A stretch of DNA of 63,892 nucleotides, the filler included, from Reticulomyxa filosa (Eukaryota > Protista > Foraminifera): NCBI GenBank assembly GCA_000512085.1. It is 20 parts of 20 records of this genome, joined end to end, with 100 filler letters (N's around TTAATTAATTAA, not from the genome) between each part and the next. Parts side by side here need not be neighbours in the genome. Positions count along the whole stretch, not along the records: positions 47,277 to 50,706 come from ASPP01026632.1; positions 50,807 to 52,648 come from ASPP01036179.1; positions 52,749 to 53,835 come from ASPP01032956.1; positions 53,936 to 55,906 come from ASPP01007018.1; positions 56,007 to 63,892 come from ASPP01000196.1; 15 more parts are not named here. The stretch is one strand, 5' to 3'. Shown here piece after piece: positions 49,230 to 61,300 of the stretch (position 1 is the stretch's first letter; the number at the start of each line of letters is the position of its first letter). The notes beneath the pieces are model-generated. The model did not search any database. It had not been told where the DNA came from and saw nothing but the letters and a program-made list of their open reading frames with translations. The translations under genes were made by a program, and so were the position numbers.

Positions 49230-49880
49230 CATGTGTTTGCTGTGCTTTTAATCGCTCTAAGATCCAACCCACGGACATTTATCGTGGAGGTAACATTGCT
49301 TTTGTCCGTTACATGTTGGAAGAGAACCCAAAGTGATATATCACTAACAAACGAAAGCTCTTTCTTTTGTCGATTTATTTTATCCTACCGACAAAAGTAA
49401 TGCTATATCAAAATAGACGTTTCTTTCTCCATTTGATACAAAAAAAAACAAGTCTACTTTTTTTTTGGGTACTGTTCCCCCAATGAAAAAGGGAACTGAT
49501 GACATTGGCGATGTGCCTTTTCAAAAAAAAAGCATGATACAGGGCAGATGCGACTTGTGATAACAATATTGCTGGGTTATAGCAAGTACTCCCAATACTG
49601 TAAGCCATTGAGTGTTGTCAAAATACATCGACGTTTACTTTCTTTGCAAGTCGCTATCGTTTTACCCTTCATGAGGCTGAGCAGGACATGCATTGTTATT
49701 GCTGTTACAAAATCGTTTTAAAAAATCCTCTCCAGAAATCAATGCTTCATTCATGTCTTCGTGCTGAGAACAATTGATTTCAGCTGGATTGCTTGCAGCT
49801 TGTTTGCAAATCAAACAAATAAAATGATTGATTTATTCTTGTGCGTTTAATTGCAGCACCCAATTTCTGTCAAAGCATTG
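49230..49880 (-). pseudogene. RING/TRAF-type zinc-finger family pseudogene
   Basis: CFDRNWVLQLN..*INHFICLICKQAASNPAEINC / QHEDMNEALISGE.FLKRF...NACPAQPH, with stops and frameshifts. Confidence 0.65.
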
Positions 49881-50437
49881 CTGACATTTTTTCTTGAAGC
49901 AAAATACATAAAACAGAAAAAGAGAGAAAAATTACATCAATGATGCATCATCTTAAGAAAGTAACTTCACATTTTCAAACGAACAAAAAAGTCTTTATTT
50001 CATAAGAAATTTGATAATAATTGACAAATAACTTATATATCAATTAAAGTTATGTTTTCATTTACTTTGACGTAAAACCATTAGTTGCTAAATTGTCCAA
50101 ACTTTGAAATGATTTTTACTTTGTCTTTTTCCATCATTTTGTCTTTTTCTTCTTTTTTATTTTCGTTTATACAGTTACAATCCGACTATATACCAACTGA
50201 AATTCAGTATTATCACAAATATGTTGTCCTATTAATTGTTTCAACATTTTAAATAAACTAGAAAAGCATATGTCATTGTTGTCATGTCTTAATGTTTTAC
50301 AAAATATAACATCTATATCTTTCATTAAATGGACTCAATTCAATTTTTCATTAACTCCTTCGTTTGTCTAAAAAAAAAAAGCGTAGCATTTTTTATCTAA
50401 CATCATCCAAGATCATCTTTCAAAAGAAGAAGAACAG

Positions 50438-50640
50438 ATGAACTTAAACTTATCAACGAAAGTTGTGTTCAAGTTGTCTTTAGATTCTTCTTCTTTATTT
50501 TTTGTTTATCTTTTTTTGCTTTATGATTGAAACAGTCAAAAGAAGAAGAGATTCAAGTAATTATTCAGCATTGGGTTCGAATACTAAAAATTAAATTAGG
50601 ATGGATCAAAGATTTTGACAAAATTATTGTCAATTGTGTC
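50438..50640 (+). CDS. 5' exons of a WD40-family gene (helical box only; contig ends)
   Basis: EEEIQVIIQHWVRILKIKLGWIKDFDKIIVNC followed by a GT donor. Confidence 0.55.
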
Positions 50641-52137
50641 AGTTTATTTATTTTTTCTTTCGTGTAGTGTTCATAAAACATTCTAACATTATTTAATATA
50701 GGTACANNNNNNNNNNNNNNNNNNNNNNNNNNNNNNNNNNNNNNNNNNNNTTAATTAATTAANNNNNNNNNNNNNNNNNNNNNNNNNNNNNNNNNNNNNN
50801 NNNNNNAAAGAAAGTAAATAACACTAAACAAAAATTAAACGATGATATTTTTGTGAATTTATGTTATCCATCAAGATTTGATTTTATATATCAATACATG
50901 CATTATATTCTTTTAATACTTGAATTTATCTTCCTGAAGATGCATTATCAAAAATTCAGATCAGTATTCGTGCATAAAATTAACTTGGTCATATTTTAAT
51001 GATTGTCTGTTGTTTGAATTTCTTTGTCTTGCTTGTGATACAATACAAAATGATATTTAATGTAGGATGCAAATATCTATCATTTATCCAATCTGAATTT
51101 TTTCATTGTCTTCAAAAAAGGTTAAAATTCAAACAAATCATTCTATCAAACTCAAATAAGCATTCATTAATTGAGTTCAAAGATATACAAAAGTGTGTTT
51201 TATTTAAAAATAATCAGTTCTTTAAAATGAAAAGAGTGAATTTAATTGCATTGTTATAGTAAATAATTTGAGTTAATGATAGTTCTGTGGTGTAATATGT
51301 TCTAGATTGCTGAATAATAGATTATTTTTACGTAACTAAAGGTAAATATGATAATGAATGGAAAATATTATTAAAGAAACATTTGTCTCTATTGTAATTT
51401 TATGTTTTGCACCGTCTTCAAAAGAAACAACAAATCATACAATGCTATTGTCAATGGATTGCCAGTTTTGTTAAACATAAAGATGATATCCAAAAAATCA
51501 TGTTTGCTAGATTATGCATAGTTTAATGAATTTCAAAATAAAATAAACAATTTAGTATTAAGAAATATGAAAAGAAGTAATTGGATTGTAATCTTTGAAA
51601 CATTGATTGCATTGAATTATTAAAAATTTGTCTTTAGTATCTATTTTTAAAAAATAATGTAAAATTGAAGTAAATATTTTTATTTCCAGAATCGTAACTT
51701 TACATTCATCAAAATTTAAAACTTGTTATTTGTTTGATCAGCCAAAAAATGAAATATTATCTATTATAAAAAATATACTGACTGATATTAAAGTATTTGA
51801 CGCACAATAAACACAGAATAAAGTAAAAATCATTATGTGGAAGCACTTGTGATTAGTTTACAAAGTGAAGAGATGTACAAATGCTTTTGTATGGAAGTCT
51901 ATGCGAAAACTGGCAAAACATTCATAAATGAACTGTTCTTCTTTTTCATTATGAAGACAAAAAATAAATCAAACAACTCCAAATCTTAAAATAAATAATT
52001 TTAAAAATTAAAATTAAACAAACTTTGTCAAACACAAAGTAAGTAGTTGCATGTGTTAACAACATTATGAAAAATAACAAATTTTTATTTGTTATTTTTA
52101 TTTTAATTAAATAAAAAATAAAACAAATAAAACTTAA

Positions 52138-52371
52138 CATAATTTACGACTAGTTTATCTAAATCATTTATCCATCCAAATTTAATGTGTAATATTCGAA
52201 TCCAATGCTGGACAATGATTTGGATCTCATTTTCCTCTAGCTAATCCAATCACAAGCCACGCACAATAAATACAATAAAAACTTAAAGACGTCAATTTTT
52301 TAAAAATTTAGAATAAAACTTACAACTACTAGTTGAGTTAAATGTTGCTGATCATTGATAAGAGTTGTCAT
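52138..52371 (-). pseudogene. WD40-family 5' remnant (helical box exon)
   Basis: EENEIQIIVQHWIRILHIKFGWINDLDKLVVNY; the downstream sequence is decayed. Confidence 0.55.
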
Positions 52372-53935
52372 TTTGCAACTGCTTTTATTTTTTTGCTTGG
52401 ATCATCTTCGATGATGTAAAACGGAAAATGTTTAACTTTTTTTTTCAAGTTCAATGAAGGGACTTTAAATAGAATTCTGCAATGTTTGTGTTTTTTCTTA
52501 ATGAAGGAAAAAAAAAGAAAATGAATTATAGCTTTTTATAATTATATTAAAACAATAAATTATTTTTTTGCTATTCAGTATATCTAATAATATAATGCTC
52601 ATTATTAAATGAAAATGCGAATATTTTTATTATAAAAATTGTTAAGCCNNNNNNNNNNNNNNNNNNNNNNNNNNNNNNNNNNNNNNNNNNNNTTAATTAA
52701 TTAANNNNNNNNNNNNNNNNNNNNNNNNNNNNNNNNNNNNNNNNNNNNTCCAGATTGCAAGGGGAAATTTTATTGAATTTTTTTTAGAATAAGAAAGTTC
52801 TTTTTTAACGTAAAAAAAATGATAGAATATTTCACTACAGTAATACAATACATCCAAATCTGGAAAAGAACAAGAATTCAAGAAATAAAATTATTTTTGT
52901 TTCGTCTTGATGAACAAGCTGCACATAAACCACAAACGAACTGTGTAATATAATTGAATAGCATGTTCATTAATCTCTTTATTAATTTCATTTTCTTTGT
53001 TTTGCATTCATAGCTCTTTTCTTTCAACAAGTCCTTCTTTGACATTTCTTTGATTTTTCCAAAATTGAAATGCATATAACTATTTATTCACTCTATTTAT
53101 ATTACCTTGAGTGTGTAATAAAAGTAAAAAAAGCTCAAGTACAAGTGTGGATGTGATATTTTAGCTTTTTTTCTTGATCAATTCGAATGATATTTTTACT
53201 TATTTTTTGTTTTTTATACACTTTTACAGTTCAATTGGATACTTTTGATCGGATCCAACTTCAGAGGATCAATTTTTCTGTTTTGAACTTGTTTCAAGAT
53301 ATTTCTCACAGATTATGCAAAAATAGAAATATCAAATAAGTCATTTACTTTTTTTCTTGCTTTACACAAGATTTTCTTGATCATGACGTGATCCATGAAA
53401 TCTTGGATTTCTTTTTTGTCATTTGTGGAAAATGGACCACATATAATTTTATAACTCAATTCTTGATAATATTGTATTATATTTTAAACAACAGCATTTC
53501 ATAATTTTTATTCATTATCATTATTATCACTATACATTACATTTTATCAACGTATGTTTTCATCTTCCATCAAAAGACATGTGAGATTTCTCCTATTTTT
53601 CTGTATTAATTTTGTTAAGAAAGATGACATAGATAAAAGTGTGCTTTGCTTGATCCTTCATTAATATCATTGAAAATTTTATTTTTACAACATGTTTATT
53701 GGTTAATTTACTTTTTGGTCAATAAAAGAACAAATATACTTCTATTTTTGCTTGAAAACGTAGATCATCCCCCCAAGATAAAAAAAGTCTGTTCAATCCA
53801 GTTATTGAAAACTACATAATAATTTTTGGTATTAANNNNNNNNNNNNNNNNNNNNNNNNNNNNNNNNNNNNNNNNNNNNTTAATTAATTAANNNNNNNNN
53901 NNNNNNNNNNNNNNNNNNNNNNNNNNNNNNNNNNN

Positions 53936-55746
53936 TTTATTTCGTCTGTAGTTTGAAACAATACAAAATTGATGCAACCAATCAAAAAATTATCATACGA
54001 ACACAAAAAAAAAGTTGTTCCCGAATGGTTCCATCGAAACCTTACCAATAAATTGCGAAGCGTCAATCGAACTAACAGCAGACCAAGTGTGCTGTCTGTT
54101 GGCAATGCGTTTTTTTGGACTGAACACTTGGAACGTAGGCAGCAGCTGGCCAAGATTTGAAATGACGCGATTGTATGCATCGTGTGACGCGGTAATATTC
54201 AACAAATTGAGGTGCATAATTCATTACTTTGAGTGCATGGCCCAGGATGAACTGTGCAAAAAGCAATGGTCGTCGATGCAACCCAGCGACAAAAATCTGA
54301 ATTCAAATGGCAACGGGACGGACAAAGACCACTCTACTACGAGGAGCTTGTTGATCCATCGGCACAAAGTGCCCCCGAAAGTGACAGAGTATCTCACAAG
54401 CGACGACGGATTGCTGACGAATCAAAGCGGACTATGTCCAGTCCACGTGCTTGTTGACGGAAAGATTGAAGACAGCGCGGGCGATATTCAAATCGATTTT
54501 GCGAACAAGCGAATCGGAGGTGGAGTGTTTAGCCGAGGTTGTGTGCAGGAAGTTGTGTGTGTGTCAAACAACATTATTCAAATATGTATTTGTACATTAT
54601 CTTTTTTTTTTTTTTTGATCGTTTTTTTTTAAATATCATTCTAAACATAAATCAAACAAACAAACAAACAAACAAATAAATAAACAAAAGGAAATTCGGT
54701 TTGTAATAAATCCCGAATGTTTGGTTAGCTTGTTGTTATGTGAGGAAATGCGCCACAACGAAATAATTGCCATTGTCGGAACAAAGCAATACTCGCAATA
54801 CCAGGGATATGGGAACACGTTTGAATATCTGACTCATCATGACGATCAGACAACAAGTCAAATCGTCAACAAAGATCTCAATTGTGTCAGAACGTGCAAT
54901 TGCATTGTTGCAATTGACGCTGAACGATACCACGCTCGCAACGAACATGAACAGTTTTCTTTGTCAAAATTGCGAAGAGATTTGATTAAATGCTATGCAG
55001 GATTCAGCGTCCCTGCAACTATTTCCCATTTTTGGTTCGTCAACAATGAAATTACTTCACTTCATTCGGATTCAAAGTACGATGAGGACGCGGACTTTAT
55101 CAACATTGCCACCGGAAATTGGGGCTGTGGTGTGTTTCGAGGAAATGTAGAACTAAAGTTTGTAATTCAATGGCTGGCCGCATCTTTGTGTGGCTGCGAA
55201 GAGATTAAAAACATTATTTGCTCTGACAAAGACAAAGACAATCCACAAAAAGAACGACGGCGTGCGCTAAAGTATTATACATTTGCTGATAGCAAGTGTA
55301 AGTATATCGAATCATTTGTAAAGCTTTGTATAAAAAATGAACTCAAAATTCATGACCTATGGAAACATGTATTCAGCTATTGTGAATGGTACCGACAAAA
55401 TCTCTCTTCAGTGATTGCAAAAAAAGACAACGCTCCAGAGAAAGATGAAGAAATTTGGATTAAAACGGCCAAGGGTTGGGAAGCGAGCTTGTTTCGATTT
55501 GTTGCAAAACATTATGAAAAGGGCCTTGAAGAATTAACACCTCATCCATCTTTAGTGGAAGAATTTGAATGGAAAATTGATGAAGGAAGCGGGTTTTTTT
55601 CGGATAGTGTGGAACCTGATCAACAGTGCTTGCCAGAACCCCAAAAATGTTCGTCGATGCATCTTGGCATCGTTTCAATCAAAGAAGACGGCGAACTTGA
55701 ACAAGAAAACCATAATTCAAACGGCTCAGACAATCCCTCTGGTTAA
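53936..55746 (+). CDS. PARG: Poly(ADP-ribose) glycohydrolase, 5'-partial
   Basis: DFANKRIGGGV...GCVQE|EIRF (GGG-x6-QEE split by intron 54552-54690), Y.GY..TF, AIDA, TGNWGCGVF. Confidence 0.93.
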
Positions 55747-56006
55747 ATAAAGTGTGCTTCTTTTCATTTCATTGCAAGTATATTTAAAGACAATTGTCTA
55801 TTTTTTTCGTTATTTCGTAAATCGTCCATAACAGAAACTGACAACATCAACTTTTAACAAAGAACAAACAAAAGAGCAACATTTTACTTAGAACCACAAA
55901 CAGAAANNNNNNNNNNNNNNNNNNNNNNNNNNNNNNNNNNNNNNNNNNNNTTAATTAATTAANNNNNNNNNNNNNNNNNNNNNNNNNNNNNNNNNNNNNN
56001 NNNNNN

Positions 56007-57400
56007 TATTTAAAAACTACAAGATTTGTAGATATTTTTAAAAAAAAATTAGGTCTAAATGTTGATTTTTCATGGAGAAAATCAATTATCATCATAGGAT
56101 ATCGTTTTAGGCGTTCAGTTTTCTTTGCAACATACTGTATTTATGCAAAGATTCATGACTTACACAAAATTGTTTTGCAACTTTGCGCAAACTCCAGTAA
56201 TGACGCAACAGCTCAACAGGAAATCTTTCTTAAAATTCTCAATACTTTGCAATTTTCAAAAAAATAATTAAAAAACTCAAATATCGAACGACATTGAGCT
56301 AAAAAAAGAGAAAAGAAAAATAAAGATAAAATATTGAAATCATTAGTAAGATTGAATAAAAAACCAAAATGATATTTAAAAAGTACACGATTTGTAGATA
56401 TTTTTAAAAAATTATGTCTTAATGTTGTTTTTTCATGTAGAAAATCAATCATCTCTATAAGGTGCCGTTTTAAGTGTCAAATTTACTTTGCATTCTACTG
56501 TAGTTGCTATTTGAGTTATAGTAAATTGTAAAAAAACTGCAATACATTAGTGGTACCTCTGTGAAGAGAATAGATTTTCTTCATGAAAAATAGACATTTA
56601 ACCCGTAATTTTTTTTAAGGTATATACAAATATTGTAGTTTTTAAATATAAAATTTTTTAATTTATTTTATTTAAATTTTTGGTTGTTATTTTAAAGTTT
56701 GGTCATTTGGAATTATTTTATTGTGATGACTAAGAAAAAAACTAAAGTTAAAAGGTAGTTATATTAATGCAAGCTTAAAATTTAATCTTTGTGTTTGTTT
56801 TAAATTTAAAATTATTGTATGAAATGATTTCTTTTTGATGAAACAAGATAAAATTGTAATTGAAACAAATAACTTAAAAATTATCAAACCAAGACTAAAA
56901 GTTAATGTCAAAATCAAAAAATCAAGGTTTTTACTTTGATTCAAAAGATGTTAGGCATCTGCAAGATAAATAATGAAGTCAATTAAAAAAAAATTAAAAA
57001 AGATGAAAATTGGATCTTATTGTTTAGATTATAAAAATAGCAGTTAAATTTGACATCTTAATTACCAAAACTAAAAAAAAAAAGACTTAACATCAAATAA
57101 AATTACAAAGCTAAATTTAATTTCACAAAAAGAAAAAAATTAAATTTTACTTGTATGTTTTGCAGTTTTTAAAAACTAGACAAAACTAGTTCTTTTTTTA
57201 AATAGTAACAAAAAGATTTAAACATTTCTTCTTGATAATACAGTTTTGATTTATATGTGTTACTGCGAAATTTTGAAAAATCATATAAAAAATGTTTTTG
57301 ATTAATCGATGAAAAAGTTATTATAAAACTAATTTCATATTTAAAAACTACAACATTTGTATATATTTTTAAAAATTAGGGCTAAATGTTTATTTTTCAT
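56007..57400. mobile_element. Cluster of MITE-like repeat ends
   Basis: Related copies at 56007-56137 and 56371-56500 (both ending TACTG|TA), an inverted copy at 56549-56650 (AGTGGTACCTC...) and a fragment at 57337-57400. Confidence 0.55.
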
Positions 57401-58394
57401 CAAAATTGGTCTGAAGCAAGTTTGGCTCCTTACGCATCAGCAAGTGTATTGTCTTTTGATTCATCAACATTTTTGAGAACTGTTTCACAAATTATATCGA
57501 TTAATCGACATTCTTTGAATTAATGTTCAATTTTTCGCATTGACCACTGTAAAATTAGCGGTATGTTCAAATATGCTTGTGCTCTCTATCACCATATAAA
57601 GCATGAACCGGGGTATTGCATTGTATCAAATGTGCAAGTTCAACTTTATAATATGTGGGACGAGATAATCATTTAGTGTTTTTCCAATAATCTTCTCCAA
57701 ATCCATATTGTTTGAGTCTTTTCTTTTTTTGTTAAATCTTCTTTTGTACTTGTTGATAAGTCCCTAATCAAAATGACTTGTAAACAAGTCCTTTTTCAAC
57801 TTTTCTATTGACGTGAACCAATCCAACATCAATTGTCTTATTTCTCCATTTACAGTCAGCTTTTGTATACCAAAAAATTTGTGAAATTTTCAGGTTTAGA
57901 AAACCTGCATATGAGAGGGAGTGTTGGAACCTTCAGAAACGTCTCAATATTTCTTTTTTTAAACGAGTATCAACTTTCTTTTTTATTCTACAAAAAAACA
58001 AAATGAACATATAGCATTTCAGCTTCAATGCCGAAATGACTTTTTTCAAATTTTTCAAAAAATGAAAAAACATTGACAATTTTTTTTATTTGTATTTAAA
58101 ATTAAATATATTTTTAGATTTTTCAGGAAATGCAGATAAAAAAATTTTGTATTTGCGTATTTGCCTTGTTTGAAACAATTGTAATTCTATGTATAACAAT
58201 TGGAAAAAGATAACTATGTGCTCATGATTTTAACATAAATTTATTGTCTTCGTTGCAAACTTGTTGATTGAATTAGACAAAGTACTTTGCAAAAAGAGAA
58301 AAAAACAAATTTGAATTTAATTACACGATGTGACATTGTGTCTCAAAGTATTTTATGTGAACAGATTTATTTCTTTTTATTTGATGTAAACACA

Positions 58395-61300
58395 TCAAAC
58401 ATGTGATTTCGAAGCAAATTTTGCTCTATAAGCATCAACAAGTGCACCACCTTTCGATCCACCAGCGTTTCTAAGAACTTCTTCAGAAACCAGATTTGTT
58501 AATTGCTCTGATCCTTGATTTGAGCCTTGAGTAACTTGTAATTCTGCGCATCGTCCGCCTGCAGCACGGGCTATTGAATCAAAATTTCCTTTTGGCCACG
58601 ATCCTACAGGAAAAGCATGCACAATAACGCCACGTTGTTTCAAACGAGCAAGTTCATCCTCATAGTAAGTGGGAGAAGGAAATTTTGTCGTTTTCCAATA
58701 ATTTTCTCCTCTGTTCTGTCTTCTCGCTGTTACTTCTTGTTTTGTATTTGCAGGCGCGTCTCCAATTAAAATAACTTGTGAAACTCCATCTTTTTCAGCT
58801 TCTTTGTTGACATGAGCCAGTCCAATTTCAATAGCTTCATTTCCCATTCCGTGACCAGCGTTAATACTTTCCATAAAACTACGCAAGTTTGCGGGTTTAG
58901 ATTCCCAAGGAGAAGCCTGCAAAAGCATATCTTCGGGTGCATTATAATTTCGATACACAACAAATTGCATCTCAAAAGTATTGGAAGGTAATCCATGGTC
59001 TTTTAAAACGGTTGCGATTCGTTCGAACATGGTGAAAACTGCATTTTTGGCGTTTTGCAATACTTGATGCATAGAACCAGTTGCATCCATAAGAACCACT
59101 GTACGTGAAGATTTTGCCACTTCCGCTCCTTTGTTCCGTTCACATAACATTTTCTTCACTATATTTACATCATTTTTTTTTACAGCTGTAATTAATTTCT
59201 CACCCAATTCGTGCTCTTTCGAAGCATATTCTACAAATTTTTTGTTCTCAGCGTATTGAGTTTTGAAGAAGTCACTTCGCTTTGCATTGAACATTGGATA
59301 AAAGTTGCCTGCATTACGCGCATCTTGAATATCTTGTTGTGTAATCGAGAATTTTTCAAGTGACTTGTCGCACAACACCAAACTGTAAGAACCAGATTCT
59401 CCTTGTCTGGCTGTACGTCCCTTGATTTGCACTTCCTCAGATAACTCTTCAGAAAGGAAGGTTTGGATCACATGTGCCCCACCATTGGCAGACACAATTT
59501 GATCACGACAGTAAAAATCCGTTCCTCTTCCAAATGCTTTGGTAAATAATCCCACTTGACCAGAACCAGTGGCACGCTTAATAAGAGATTCTTTCTCTTC
59601 GAAAGAGTTGTCTTCAGTCATCATAATTGCATCATCTTTCATTGCAAGAAAATTAGATGATTCATGAAACTCAGTTAATTGTTTTTTGGTCTCAAAGAAC
59701 ACTAATACAGCTCGCTTTACTCCTTGTGTTTTTCCAACAAGCCGATCATCAATTTCTTTATTAAGAGTAATGAAATAATCATTTTCATTCACAACGGAAA
59801 TATCCTTTTGTTGTGCAAAGAGAAGATTATTATCACCAAATAAAGATGGCATGTAAGTATGTTTGGAAACATGATACTCCTTCTCCACCACTTCTTGTTC
59901 AGGTGCACTCAGTGTCTCCAATGTTCCGCTTACACCCATAATACGATAGAAATTTTTGGGAACCTCGGCATAAGAAAAATTTCCAATTTGAAATGAAAGG
60001 AATATATTGTTTTTTAAACTTTCATCACTGATTTTATTTTGTGCATTCTCATGATAATACGCAAATAAAGTCTTATAACCATATCGAATATTGTAAGAAA
60101 TACCATCTTGTTCTTTATATCCAATTTTATCATTGCCCACTTGATATCCATGAGATAAAAAGTTTTGAATATCACTCAACATGTCTTTAATTGCTTCATC
60201 CAACAATGAATCCCATGCCTTCAATATATTGCAACATGCTTTGTATTCATTTGATCTCTTCACATCATCAAATTTTAAAGACGCTTTGTTTTTCCAAATG
60301 AAATCAATAAGTTTGGTGATGGTATCATGTCTCAATGTAACTGCAGGTGAATAGCAGCTTCCATAAAAGTCTTTGTTGAAAAATACATCGACTTCATCAA
60401 TTAAAAGTATCTTTGAACGAATGACTTGCTCAACTTCATTAGATTTTTTTTCATTATCTGAAAGGATTAAGTTTTCAACAAGTTTGCGCACATCACCTCC
60501 TTCATTAATAATCCTTTCACAAATCTTGTTGAATGTGCCATAATGAATATGATCAATTACACCCAAGATATTGAACACTTGCTCAAAACTTTTGAAATCT
60601 CTGCCACTCAAGTATTCACTGTATGAAGTGCAACTCACATCAAAGCCAAATAATGCCAATACACAACAAGTGACCGCCAAAGTCACCGATTTTCCTTCTC
60701 CTGTTCCGATTTGAATCAAATGATTTGTCAATCCAGTTTTTTTCTCTTCAACACCTAACATGCGGAATATGGAAATCACTTGAGCTGGATGTGGTTGTAC
60801 CAAATAATTATTTTGATCTTTCACATCTTGTGCATCATGATAGTATTGTGCTTGTTGGAGTGTCCACAATGCAAAAATATTAGCCATTACTTCAGGGATA
60901 TTGTCCCGAACACTTGCGTCCCATTTTTCATTTCCTGGTATTTGTTTGATACCACGAGCACACATTCTTGCATTATTTGCAAATACACTGAGCTGTTTCG
61001 GGTCATTTTTAACTTTGCTCAGATTGCTTTGCACAAATTGGCGATATTTTGTATTAAATTCATCATACATTTTCCTTAATTTCGATTTATCTATTGGATC
61101 ACCTTTTGCTCTAATCTTTTCCAAAACATAGTCAATTCCATGTGCTAGGGTTTTCTGATTGAATAGCGCAACAGAGAATCCTTTAAATACACTATGTTCA
61201 GCGACAATCATCTTACCTACTCCGGTTAATTCTTCTTCCAGTTGTGTTGCTAGTGCTGCAATATCGACACCACTGCTCTTTTTTTTGTAAGCAGTTAATA

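Noticed and set aside
50807-53835. Short AT-rich ORFs in contigs 17-18 (also 24989-25429 and 13868-14525)
   Set aside because: Low-complexity or decayed remnants with no supportable product.
5143-56006. Regularly recurring TTAATTAATTAA flanked by Ns as a repeat array or CRISPR
   Set aside because: Fixed 100-nt artificial linker between contigs. ORFs containing X runs are artefacts of it.
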